A DNA stretch of 64,000 nt from Pirellulales bacterium (GTDB taxonomy: Bacteria > Planctomycetota > Planctomycetia > Pirellulales > PALSA-1355): positions 416,001-480,000 of the forward strand of contig CAVTBU010000008.1 of NCBI GenBank assembly GCA_963733035.1. Reading direction: 5' to 3'. Shown here in pieces: positions 40,344 to 50,465 of the stretch; position 1 is the stretch's first letter, and each line of letters begins with the position of its first letter. The notes under the pieces are model-generated. The model was not told the DNA's origin. It saw nothing but the letters and a program-made list of their open reading frames with translations, and made no database searches. The position numbers were made by a program, and so were the translations under genes.

Positions 40344-41261
40344 TCACTCGGGAAAGTGTCTCCGGGCAAAGGCGATCCACTTGCCGTCGGGCGACCAGGC
40401 TGGGTCGCGACTTTTGTCGGGTTGGCCAGGAAGCCGGCGGGGAGGCTGGTCGCCGTTCACGTCGATCACGTAGATGAACGAATCGATTGTGAAGGCCAAC
40501 TGCGAATCATCGGGCGACCAACTCACGTGGCCGCCAACCATGCCGTCGCGTTCGTAGCGCGGTTTGAACTCCTGACTCACGGCACCGACCCGGGCGATAT
40601 ACAATCCACGCGGACCATCCGCGGTTGCCCGCGAAAAAAATGCCAGACGCTGCCCATCATGCGACCAGTCATAGGCTGTGGGGCGCTGCGCAAACCCATC
40701 GACGAGTAGCCGGTCTTCGTTGTTGCTCAAATCGAGGTAGCGAACCGTGTTCCCTTGATTGAAGGCGATCTTGGTGCCGTCCGCGCTCCAACGGGGCCAG
40801 GTGCCTTCGATCACCCAGTCGCGTCCGCCCGTAGCGAGACTCTGCACCCAGATGCCGGCCCGCAGGCCTCCACCAAAATGATGAAAAACCAATTGCTGGT
40901 CGTCAGGAGACCAGTCGGGAGCGCCATGTCCTTCGATCTCCCGCAGGTTTGTTCCGTCGCGATTGACGATAAAAACCTTGCGTTCGCCGTTGGGTCCTTG
41001 CGAAACGTCGAAGGCAATACGCTGGCCGTCGTGACTCCAGCGGGGCGACCAGTGTTTCTTGAAGCCATCGACCTCCACGACTTTGCGCTCTTCGCTGCCG
41101 TCGATCTTCATGATGTATATTCCCAGGCCGTCGTCCGCACAAAGACCCACGGCCGGTAGCACAATAGCGGCTATCCACAAACCGATCGCCAATTTGCCAG
41201 CGGCGCAAATCACCTGATTCGGGGTCTGTCCTGTTCGCGGGCGACGAGTCGCGGGGATCAT
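40344..41261 (-). CDS. TolB-like PD40-repeat beta-propeller protein
   Basis: Signal-like N-terminus and repeats WSPRWSHDG, PDWSPDD, PRWSADG, VSWSPDD and PAWSPDGKWIAF. AGGAG RBS. Confidence 0.87.
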   Translation of the reverse strand: MIPATRRPRTGQTPNQVICAAGKLAIGLWIAAIVLPAVGLCADDGLGIYIMKIDGSEERKVVEVDGFKKHWSPRWSHDGQRIAFDVSQGPNGERKVFIVNRDGTNLREIEGHGAPDWSPDDQQLVFHHFGGGLRAGIWVQSLATGGRDWVIEGTWPRWSADGTKIAFNQGNTVRYLDLSNNEDRLLVDGFAQRPTAYDWSHDGQRLAFFSRATADGPRGLYIARVGAVSQEFKPRYERDGMVGGHVSWSPDDSQLAFTIDSFIYVIDVNGDQPPRRLPGQPDKSRDPAWSPDGKWIAFARRHFPE

Positions 41262-41308
41262 GAATTTCTCCTGGTGTTGGATCATCTGGTGATCCAACGC
41301 GCGGCGAA

Positions 41309-44131
41309 TTATGGCTGCGCATCCGGCTGGTCACCACCGGCTGACAACAGACTTTGCAATGCTTGGCGAAGCGTTTCATCAAATCGCGGTCCGCCGCCGA
41401 CGAAGAGCCGCGCGACTTTGCCGTCGCGGTCGATGACGACGGTTTGCGGGATGGCAGTGGCACCATACTTTTCGGCCACCAGCCCGTCGCGATCAAGGAC
41501 TACGGTCATCGTCAGTCCGAGACGCTCCAGTGCCGCTTTGATTTGCTCGGGTGTCTCCTGCAGATTGACCGCGACAAGTTCGACTTGCTGGTCCGCGAAC
41601 TCGCGGGCAACGGCATGAACCTGAGGCATGGCTTGCAAGCAAGGACCACACCAAGAGGCCCAAAAGTCGAGCACGAGCACCTTGTCCTTCCGGTCGGAGA
41701 GACGAAACTTGCCGCCTTCAAGAGATTGCAATTCGAAATCGGGCGCCGGCTTGCCGACCAGCGCAGACTCGACTCCCTCGATCGAGGCGTCCTCGGCCAG
41801 GCCATTTTCCTGAAATTCGAGCGGGTCGAGCGACGGTGTCAGCCTCCAGTTATGAAAGACGAGCGCGGCCGCCGCCTCTTCGATCGCGCTACCGACGAGC
41901 AGTTTGTCGATCTCGTTCAAGTCAACGCGACAATTGCCCAACAGTTTGCTTTGTCCGGTGAGAATCCCGGCTGCCACTTGTTTGGCCTCGAACGTCAAAC
42001 GGTTGCCGTTGGGTGGAATTGCCTGAACCCGCGTGGCGGACTGCTGCTCATCGGCCGGCGGCGACGCGGCCTGGTCGGTTTCATCGGCGTGCAACCAGAT
42101 AATCCGTGCCACGTTTTCGCGCGGAATGGTTTTGGTTTCCAGCCGAATTTCGACCTGTAAGTTTTTGTCGTCCATCGCCACGAGCCGGCCCCGCAGATAG
42201 TCGCCGTTGACGGCTCGTATCAATTGCGTGGGCGGGCTATCGCGCTGCATCCGCGGCAAGGTGAGCAGTCGGTCTCTCTTTTCCTTCGCGATATGAACAG
42301 GAGCTGCGTTGGGCAGCAGTTCCAGTACTTTCACGCTCTCGTGGGGTATGAACGTCGCGTCGGTAACGGGAGACTTGAACAAGATCCCATTCTCGTCGAT
42401 GGAAGCCATGGTACAGGGAAGCTTGTCTCCCGAGCGCAAGTGCAAAACGCATTCAGCAGGCGCGACAGCGGAGGGCTCTACGTTATCGCGGCGGAGGCCA
42501 TGGATGCGGAGTTGCCGGAGCACGTCTTGGTGGACGGCAAGCCTTCGAACCTTCGGCGTCGATCCCGCCGCCGGGTGGCTTACGGGTGGTGGCGGTTCGC
42601 GATAAATCACGCGCGCCGAGGCGCCGCGCTCGAGCGGACTTGCCACGCTACTGGCGATGGGCTGCCAAACGAGACAGCTATTCTTCCCCACGTCACCATC
42701 TACCAGTCGGCCGTGCAGCGTAACGCCATCCATTTCGAGCCGGCCAATGCGACCCTCCTGTTTTGGCGGGTCGCGCTCCGGTCGGACGACCGTGATTGCC
42801 TGCAGTGTGCCAAACTCCGGTGACCACGGCTCCCGGATGCCAGAGGACTTCACGAAAACCCGGTCGCCTTCAACCCGTACCAGATTGCCGCTGATGCGCA
42901 TTCCCGATAACAGCACCACCCGCAGGTTTCCCGACGCGACTTCCGCAGTCGCGCCGAACGTGCAGCCGGCCATCTCGTCGGCGGGAACCCGTCGCTCGCC
43001 ATCGTTGAACTTCACGACGAACTGGTTTTGCGCGGCGTCGTAGGATCGAACCGTGCCCACCTCGGTCGTGCCGCCGGCCAGAAGAACTTTGGTCTGGTCG
43101 GGTGGGCCAATCTGCGGGGGTTCGGCGTTCCATTTGTAGATCCGCAGATTCTCAACTCGCAGGTCGCCACCAAGGTTGTCGATGCTCAGACCGCCGAACG
43201 TCTGCCGATTCTTGCTCGCGACTTTCAGATCGGCAAGGAGTTTACCGTCGGCCGAGGCAACCAACATATGTCCTCCGGGCTGATCTAAGTAGATCTCGAG
43301 AGAAATCCTTCCCGGTTCCGAACTGAGTTGCTTCAGAACGCTAACGTCGCCGTCCCGCTCCGATTCGCACACGGCGACAAGCCGGTCGCCCCAAACTTCG
43401 ACGGAGTTCGAGCTGAGTTTTGTTTTCACTCCTTTTTTGACACCCAGGGACAGTTTGAAATTCGGCTTGGCAGTCCAGGAAAGATCAATTTCCAGCCGGG
43501 CTTTTCCAGGGATGTTCAGATCGCGATAGATGCCAGTCCCCTTGTCACTGGCGACGAAATGCCCGGCGTCCTCTCGCCAGCCGCCGTCCTTGCCGGAAAC
43601 TTCCCAACCATCGAGGCCCGTCAGGCCACTGAAGACAAACTCGGAATTGGTGCGACGCTGCATACGGCGAAGGACGGCCCGGTCGATGTGCAATGTCCCA
43701 AGTCTGGGAACCTCGACAACCGCGGATTCCTCGTCAAGCGCCTTGAGCGTGCCGACAAGCAAGTCGCCGCCGACTAATTCGAAGAAATAGGCACCCTCTG
43801 CCTGAGGAAACTCCCGAGGCGGCGGAAAGCGAATCCCCTCGACCGACGCGAGCGAAAACTGAAAAGGGCCGCCGAATCCGGGCGACTTCCAAACGAAGTG
43901 TTCACGGTCTCCCGACGCAACCAACTCGCCGACGGCACGGTCGCCGTTGGAAAGTAGGATAACCGCCTCGCTTGCATCGGCGGCCCGCGCCGCGCCGGCA
44001 ACCATTGCGGCCAGCACACAGACTCCGCCTGCAAGCCAGCCAGCGGCTTGAGAAGGACGGTCGATTGCCGGCCTTTCAACGGAAATCCGAGGCCGCTCTG
44101 GCAGGCACGCGAGGGGAGTGTTCATGATCAC
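41309..44131 (-). CDS. Large secreted protein with C-terminal TlpA/ResA-type thioredoxin domain
   Basis: Signal region, repeated L.NGD...G beta modules, and C-terminal PAPDFEL..VLDFWASWCGPC..AIPQTVVID. Confidence 0.87.
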   Translation of the reverse strand: MIMNTPLACLPERPRISVERPAIDRPSQAAGWLAGGVCVLAAMVAGAARAADASEAVILLSNGDRAVGELVASGDREHFVWKSPGFGGPFQFSLASVEGIRFPPPREFPQAEGAYFFELVGGDLLVGTLKALDEESAVVEVPRLGTLHIDRAVLRRMQRRTNSEFVFSGLTGLDGWEVSGKDGGWREDAGHFVASDKGTGIYRDLNIPGKARLEIDLSWTAKPNFKLSLGVKKGVKTKLSSNSVEVWGDRLVAVCESERDGDVSVLKQLSSEPGRISLEIYLDQPGGHMLVASADGKLLADLKVASKNRQTFGGLSIDNLGGDLRVENLRIYKWNAEPPQIGPPDQTKVLLAGGTTEVGTVRSYDAAQNQFVVKFNDGERRVPADEMAGCTFGATAEVASGNLRVVLLSGMRISGNLVRVEGDRVFVKSSGIREPWSPEFGTLQAITVVRPERDPPKQEGRIGRLEMDGVTLHGRLVDGDVGKNSCLVWQPIASSVASPLERGASARVIYREPPPPVSHPAAGSTPKVRRLAVHQDVLRQLRIHGLRRDNVEPSAVAPAECVLHLRSGDKLPCTMASIDENGILFKSPVTDATFIPHESVKVLELLPNAAPVHIAKEKRDRLLTLPRMQRDSPPTQLIRAVNGDYLRGRLVAMDDKNLQVEIRLETKTIPRENVARIIWLHADETDQAASPPADEQQSATRVQAIPPNGNRLTFEAKQVAAGILTGQSKLLGNCRVDLNEIDKLLVGSAIEEAAAALVFHNWRLTPSLDPLEFQENGLAEDASIEGVESALVGKPAPDFELQSLEGGKFRLSDRKDKVLVLDFWASWCGPCLQAMPQVHAVAREFADQQVELVAVNLQETPEQIKAALERLGLTMTVVLDRDGLVAEKYGATAIPQTVVIDRDGKVARLFVGGGPRFDETLRQALQSLLSAGGDQPDAQP

Positions 44132-44146
44132 AACCGGGAGTGCTGT

Positions 44147-45256
44147 CTATCGTTCGTAAATTGGCAAAAATCGAAAGTTCAAGGCCAAACCCAACAGCGA
44201 CATCGACGTGCCCAGCGGCTTGCCAAACTGAGACGGGATACTGCCGTCGTCGGCCTGAATCGATTTGAGCTGCCGAACCAAGAGCTTGTTCCATTTTTCC
44301 CAAGCCTCGACGTCTCCTTGAAACAGCGCCTGGGCCTGGTAGTAGCGGGTGTACTCGGGATAACTGTTGGATGTATTTTCGAGTCGTTCGGTGAGGTTGC
44401 CCAGCGCGGCCTTGAACTGCGGCAAATCCTTGCGCCGCGCGACCGCAAAGACCAACGTGGCGATGGAAGTGCGGGCTGGCGACTCGCCGCCCCCAATGCC
44501 TGAGTAGCCCACCTGTCCCGAGTTGGTGGTCATATTCGCGTAGTACTTGATAGCCCTGTCGACGGCTTCGTCCGGAACTTCAATGCCTGCATTCCGCGCG
44601 GCCAGCAGTCCAACCAGCACCGCGCCGCTGACCGAGGTGTCGGCGTCGCGGCTATCGGGCGAATAGCGCCAGGCCCCGAGGGGATTTTTCTTTTGCGAGG
44701 TGATCGCCGCGCGAACCGCCAGTTGCAGGGCCTCTCCGATGGAACGATGCTTTGGCTCGCTGCCAGTCCATAGGTTGCGGTCGTCGACCGTTCCGTAGGC
44801 CTCCGCCAATGCAAGCATGCCGAACCCGTGATGGTACATGCTGGAGCCGAGGTATCCGGTGTTCGAATCTTGTTGCGAGATGATGCTCCGCAGCGCGCGT
44901 CGAACGTGGCTGCTATACAGACCGAAGTTGGGATCCTCGCCCGATGCGAGGAACACCATCAGCGCCAAACCGGTGACACCAGGCCCAGTCTGGCCGCCTT
45001 GCCAATCGCCCGACTCGCGCTGCGTCGTTGCCAGGTACTGCAGACCTCGTTCGTAGATATCGCGCACATCGCGCGGGACGACGTCGCCCACGCGCGCATT
45101 GGGCAGTTGGGCATTGGCAGCCGAACCAATCGTGAATGCCCAGCAAATGACCGACAACAAGACCGGCCAAATGAGATTCTGCGCACGGTGCGACAAGGAC
45201 CGAAGTATCAATCGAGTTTTGCGTGTGTCTACCATCATGTCTCGTGGCGAAATCAC
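44147..45256 (-). CDS. Prenyltransferase/squalene-oxidase-repeat (alpha/alpha barrel) protein, probably exported
   Basis: RGLQYLATTQRESGDW, MYHHGF, GAWRYSP..DADTSVSG and QADDGS repeats. No cyclase DxDD motif seen. GTGA overlap with the upstream gene. Confidence 0.85.
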   Translation of the reverse strand: MISPRDMMVDTRKTRLILRSLSHRAQNLIWPVLLSVICWAFTIGSAANAQLPNARVGDVVPRDVRDIYERGLQYLATTQRESGDWQGGQTGPGVTGLALMVFLASGEDPNFGLYSSHVRRALRSIISQQDSNTGYLGSSMYHHGFGMLALAEAYGTVDDRNLWTGSEPKHRSIGEALQLAVRAAITSQKKNPLGAWRYSPDSRDADTSVSGAVLVGLLAARNAGIEVPDEAVDRAIKYYANMTTNSGQVGYSGIGGGESPARTSIATLVFAVARRKDLPQFKAALGNLTERLENTSNSYPEYTRYYQAQALFQGDVEAWEKWNKLLVRQLKSIQADDGSIPSQFGKPLGTSMSLLGLALNFRFLPIYER

Positions 45257-46080
45257 TCAGCGTCAATCACCTGCCCCTGAACCAACATTTGTTTCATCGC
45301 CTGACCTTGTTGCAGTTGCGGCTGCAGGAGTTCCCATTGTCGCTCGTCCAACAACGCCTGGAGGTCCTTTTCGGGCAACGTCGACAAGCGATACACGACG
45401 AGGTAGTAGTCGAATTGCCCAAACGTGGCTGGCGGTTGTGTCCGTTCGACCAACAGTTTGATCAAGGCATCGCGTTGCCGTTGTTCGAGCGGAACCCCGT
45501 CTTCCAACATCGAGATCGCCGCCTCGATGGCCGCTCGATACCGGAATCTGCGCCGTTCCTCCAAGGTTGCCTGGTAGTCGGCACCTTGCTCGGAATCGAG
45601 AATTGCTTTAAGCACTTTGGAATACAGCGACTCGGCCCCGAACAAGCCACTCGTCATCTTCGTCTGCAAGGGCTGAATCTCCTGCTGCCAAAACGGCCCC
45701 AGCGCGTTCGGATCATTCGCTAACTCACCAAACTTCCCGCGAACAATTTCGATTTCGTCAAAAAACCGCGCAATATCGCCGTCGGCGGCCAGTTGCAATT
45801 TCCGCTGTTGCGAGTCGGAAAGTCCAAACCTGCGGGCGGCGCTCGTAAGTTGCAGCTTGAGCCGATCTTCAATCTGCGAGCGGGCTTTGGTCGCGTTTTG
45901 GCGATTTTGGAAAACCCATTGATCGAAGTTGGCTTGATTAAAGACCATCTGCGGCTGCTGTGGCTGGGCCGGGGCAGGCGCGCCTTCCAAATCATCCGGC
46001 GCGGCCCAGCTCACGGCGGCATGCGCAAGAAGGGTGGCAATTCCCGACACCAACAACAGTGTTCGTACCGTCTGAGTCAT
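45253..46080 (-). CDS. Secreted helical hypothetical protein
   Basis: Signal peptide; LSDSQ/LDSEQ/LDERQ (LTxxQ-like) repeats; ATGA coupling in the operon. Confidence 0.75.
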   Translation of the reverse strand: MTQTVRTLLLVSGIATLLAHAAVSWAAPDDLEGAPAPAQPQQPQMVFNQANFDQWVFQNRQNATKARSQIEDRLKLQLTSAARRFGLSDSQQRKLQLAADGDIARFFDEIEIVRGKFGELANDPNALGPFWQQEIQPLQTKMTSGLFGAESLYSKVLKAILDSEQGADYQATLEERRRFRYRAAIEAAISMLEDGVPLEQRQRDALIKLLVERTQPPATFGQFDYYLVVYRLSTLPEKDLQALLDERQWELLQPQLQQGQAMKQMLVQGQVIDAE

Positions 46081-47111
46081 TCCGCAATGACCTCCAGCAA
46101 ACCGTTGGGACCGACTCGGGGGTCCACGGCAGCATCGGGCGGTTCAACGGGCTTTGCCTGTTCGGCCTGCCACCACTCGGTGTCGTCTTGCGGCTGAACG
46201 ATCGGACTTAAGAACTGAACGCCGCCGATCTTCGACAAACCTTGCCAGATTGACTTCTGTCCGGCATCCAGGTGCGGTTCCAAGAGGTCGTCCGCCACGT
46301 GCGGAAAATACTGCTCTCCGTAACGGCTGATCATAAGCCAGTGCTCCCAATGGTCTCGCCATTTCGACGAGACGGATTGCAAAATCTGCGCGCGTTGCTC
46401 GTCGCTCAAACACAGGGCGTCGTCCAAACGGGAGACGAAACACAGAATCGCTGCGCGTTTTCGCTGCGCGACGCGGGCTTCGGTTTGTTTCGAGTATTCG
46501 GCGAACTGCTCGGGCGACAGAATCGCAGGAAGTTGCTTCATCAGGTCGTCGCGAATGACGGTTGAGGGAGAGAATCCGTACTTGGCCGCGGCGTTGGCGG
46601 CGTTGCCCCCTTGCTGAATCTTGGCGTATTGCACCGCGGCTTCTTGCAGACCCTTTTCACCGGCAGCCAAGATCGCCGGACGCTGTTCGACAGTCGGCTT
46701 GCAGTACTGACGCACGGCGTTGAGCTCCGCCAACAGGATGGGCCGGAATTGCCGCTTCCACTGATCAACCAGCGCATTTTGGTTGTTCGCTCGCTGCATG
46801 AGTCCGTTAACCACAAGGTCCTTGTTGCCCGCATTGCGTATCACCAACCGTCGTACCGCGGGTGCGGCCGCGGCTTTGTTGGCTGCGGGTGCGGGCTTGG
46901 CCGCGGGCGCCGCCGCATCCGCGGCCGGTGCTACTGCCGGAGCCTGCTTGTTTTCGGCCTTCGCTCGCTTCACCGGTTCTTCTGCGCGACTCACAAGCGC
47001 GCAGCTTGAGACCAGAAGTAACATCAGGGCGGTCGTACGACAGCCAGCAATTTTCATAACACGCGTCTCATTTCCATGGGTTGGTTCAACGGCCGGATGT
47101 GCGCACATCAC
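46077..47111 (-). CDS. Secreted helical hypothetical protein (likely related to the downstream gene)
   Basis: Signal peptide, Ala/Pro-rich linker and LSPEQ/LSDEQ/LDAGQ repeats. Start is 47111/47108 (coupled) or 47057. Confidence 0.72.
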   Translation of the reverse strand: MMCAHPAVEPTHGNETRVMKIAGCRTTALMLLLVSSCALVSRAEEPVKRAKAENKQAPAVAPAADAAAPAAKPAPAANKAAAAPAVRRLVIRNAGNKDLVVNGLMQRANNQNALVDQWKRQFRPILLAELNAVRQYCKPTVEQRPAILAAGEKGLQEAAVQYAKIQQGGNAANAAAKYGFSPSTVIRDDLMKQLPAILSPEQFAEYSKQTEARVAQRKRAAILCFVSRLDDALCLSDEQRAQILQSVSSKWRDHWEHWLMISRYGEQYFPHVADDLLEPHLDAGQKSIWQGLSKIGGVQFLSPIVQPQDDTEWWQAEQAKPVEPPDAAVDPRVGPNGLLEVIAE

Positions 47112-50100
47112 GGTGCGGCGCGGTCGCTTTCCAAGCGGTTGAAGTATTCATCCAAGCCGGCGCGGAACTCCTCGGGAAGCGAATTTCCGGTCTCGCCGGT
47201 CGCTTGCGACACACCGTGATCCTCGCGAACCTCCTTGTCGTTGAGGCCCGAGCCGATCAGCGCCAAGGCCGAGTCGGTGGTGGTTCCGCCGCCACCGCCG
47301 CCGGGGTTGGAACCGCCTCCGCCGCCTCCATTGGGATTGATCCGCTTCGATTGCAGCAGCAGTTCAATCGCCTCGGTTTCGGCCGCAATCGCCGGCGAAC
47401 CGGTTTCCGGACGCCCGAGAATCTCGGCGGCTTCATCCATCACGCTTTCGACCTGCCCCAAAAGGTTGATCTCCTTGGCAAAATCCGCCTCGCCATCCGG
47501 CAGTTCGCGGATCCGCTGGGTCAGCGCGGCCACCCGCTTGGAGAGGCCCTTTTGCGTAGTCTGTAGACCGCCCGCGCGACGAGCATACTCCTTAGCTTCG
47601 AGCGCCGCGCGTGCCTGCTGGGCCACACGGGTGTCCTCTCGCAGGTTCACCTCGGCCTCCAAAATCTGCATCGCTTCGAGCACGATCGACGGCGGCAAGC
47701 TTCCCTTGGATTTGCAGCCCGGGCATTTGCCGGCACAAGCCGGATCGACCAGATTGTCGGCCCAACGATCGAAGGTATCGGACCAAAACTCACACTGAGC
47801 GATCGACATGCCAGTCTCCTTACGGACGTCATCGCTGAGTTGCCGCAGGCCGCCGACGGCGTCCTCCTCGCGCATTTCGTCGAGCACGGTTTTGAATCGC
47901 TGATAACGCCGTCGCTCGAAGTAGGCCTGCATATCGTCCATGATCGTCGATAGGTTTTGACTGCTGGCCTCCTCCAGCGTCGACACCTGTTCAAGAACCA
48001 CCTTCGCAGACGGGATCGGACTGCCGGGATGCCCGAACGTACCGGTGAGTTGATCGGAGATTTTGCCGGCAACCGAGTATTGCTGGCGGGCGGCCGCCTT
48101 GAGCCGTTTGACCAGCGTGCTGCCCTCGAGATTCGCCAGCACCTTGTTCAACTCGTCGGCGATTTTGTCAAACTCGGCCAGCAGGTCTTGCTGTGCCACG
48201 ACCGCCTCTTCGAGTTTTTCGCCCTCAGGTGTCTGGCCGTCCGACTTTTTGCCCTTTCCGGCGACCGTCGTGACCGGCAAGCGGAGCTTGGGACTCGAAT
48301 TCTTCTTGTTCGGTTCCTGAGCCTCTTCATCCTTGCTGGCCGGCTGTTGAGAACTCTCGGCGTCGACCACTTGCGGAACGGGCGAGTGTGGCTTGCTTTC
48401 GGTCGGCCGCGATTTCCCCTGGCCGCCGCGCACCTGGCCCGCCGTGGGTCCCTTGCTGGCCGCGCTTGCGATCTTGGCGGGCAACTGCGACGACTGCTTC
48501 AACAGGTCGGCCACGTTGGGCATGCGATTGCCGGCAATGTCCTTGAGAATCGCCAGCATCTCGGCCCATTGTTCCAGGTGGCCTACGCCAAACTCCGGAT
48601 TCCGCATCGCCTGGCGGACCAGTTCTTCGCCGTTGGTAACGAGTCCGCTCAGTCGGCGCCCGTTGGCGCGCTCGGCGGCCGACTGACTTTCGATGCGGCG
48701 CCGTGTGTCAGGCTGGTCGAGTTCGTCGGCCGACAGCATCCGCAATTGCTGGTTGGCGTGGTGCAACTGCAACTCGCGGTCGCGAACGTCCAGCGACTGG
48801 CGATGCCATTTACTCAGTTGCTCGGTCAACCAGATATAGTGCTGCTCGGCGCTGAGCACATAAAGTTGGTAGACGGGGGAGTACGATCGTTTGCGTCCGG
48901 GAAAGTAATCTTCCGCGAAAATGCGCACGCTGATCGGCTGCGGTTCAATGCCCAGCGTCTGCGCAAAAACGTGCCCGCCAGTTCCACGGCCTGCTTGGCG
49001 CTCGATCCGGCCGCCAGTACTTGCTCGCCGCGCGCGGGGGTTGAAACTTCCGACTTCTCGTCGCCCTGCCATTCGACGCCGACAACCTTGACGCCGAAGT
49101 CATCCTGAGCAGCAACCTTGAAGCTCAGCGTTTCGGAGACCAATACCACCTTCTTCCGAGGCAGGCCTTCGCAAGACACCGCGGGCGGCTCATCGTCGCG
49201 AGCAGTAATTGCGATCTTGAACGGCTCCATTCCGTCTAAACCGAACTCATCGCGCCACGAAATCGATAGCTCGCGCGAGGCATCGACCGTCGTGGGCGGG
49301 CTGCTGACGTCACGGGCCACGGGTGTAGCCGGTTGACCGTTCACGCGAGCGCTCGACAGCTTGCGGTTGGCCGTGGCCAGAAACGTCGCGGTGCTTCCTT
49401 TGACGAGTGAAATCGACCCGCCGCGGACGTCCTTCTTCAAGGGTTGCGAAATCTGCAGATAATCGGGCAATTGCACGTTGGCCACCACGGAGCTCAACTC
49501 GGGACGCAACATCGGCTCGATGCGGATCTGCTGTTTCACGTCGCCCACTTGAAGTCGGAACGATGTCTTGTCGATTTGGGGCGGCAAGTTGAATACGTAG
49601 CCGCCGTTTTGCAACGACGCCTCCACCGGACGCCCACTACCCAGTTGGCCAACGCCGGTCGCCGGTTGCCAGCGAGATTCGTCCAGCAAACGGACGGAAA
49701 TCGTGAGCGGCTCGCCGTGCGCGACGACCAGGTGCTCGGGGAGTTCGGCGATGCGAGTGAACGTGTAGCGCGGAATCGGCTCCCACGGACGAATAAATCG
49801 CGACCAGGCGTTTGAAGCCGCTGCCGGAAACAAAACCGAAACTCCGACTGCCAATGCCAGCGGGACCGCGGCCAGCCAGGCCCACATTCGATGTCGCGGA
49901 TCAGGCACGGCGTCGCGGAAATCTCGCTTTGCCGCGGTCTCGGCGACCTGTTGGATGGCTGCTTCGCAGAGCGCTCGCGAGCGGACCTGCTCGGATTCGC
50001 TGCGCACCAGTTCGATAATGCCGAGAATCTGGTCACCGATACTCGGATAGCGGCGGCTCAACAGGCGAGCCAATTGTTCCAGGCGCCGGTGCCTCCATAT

Positions 50101-50355
50101 CCAGCGATGCATGTAAAGAGGCACCAAAGCACAACTGACCAGCGCCGAAAGAAAGATCGTCACCCGCGCCCAGGTCGCCGTTTCGACGACGCGATCAAGT
50201 GCGAACAGGATGATGAACGCGACCGCGACCCCGAATACCGCGCCGCAGGCGGCTTCGACCAATTTGATGGTCCAGACCCGGCGCCGAAACTCCAATAGTT
50301 GCGCCTGCAACGAATCGGGTAGCTGCAGCTCCGAATTGAATCGTGCAACGCTCAT
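47108..50355 (-). CDS. Large membrane-anchored Ig-like/coiled-coil protein (DUF4175-like); probable 1-nt deletion near 48965
   Basis: Three N-terminal TM helices, Ig-like region, DEPPAV..AQDDFGV, a long coiled coil, and a C-terminal LPEEFRAGLDEYFNRL. ORFs 48826-50355 and 47108-49072 join at ELAGTF/AQTLG in a T5 run. Confidence 0.82.
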
Positions 50356-50465
50356 GGCAATCCTGCTCCTTCGATATCGGGATCGATCGGCACCACGTCA
50401 CGCAATCGTCGCCTTCGCCGACTCTCTATCCTAGTGAAATCAACGTCGTTGTACTCACATCCATC

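Noticed and set aside
44147..45256. Second triterpene cyclase
   Set aside because: It has QW-like repeats only, lacks the DxDD motif, is about half the length of SHC and appears exported.
47714..47737. Radical SAM enzyme call from CxxxCxxC
   Set aside because: The motif sits in a coiled-coil protein without the partial TIM barrel or GGEP motif.
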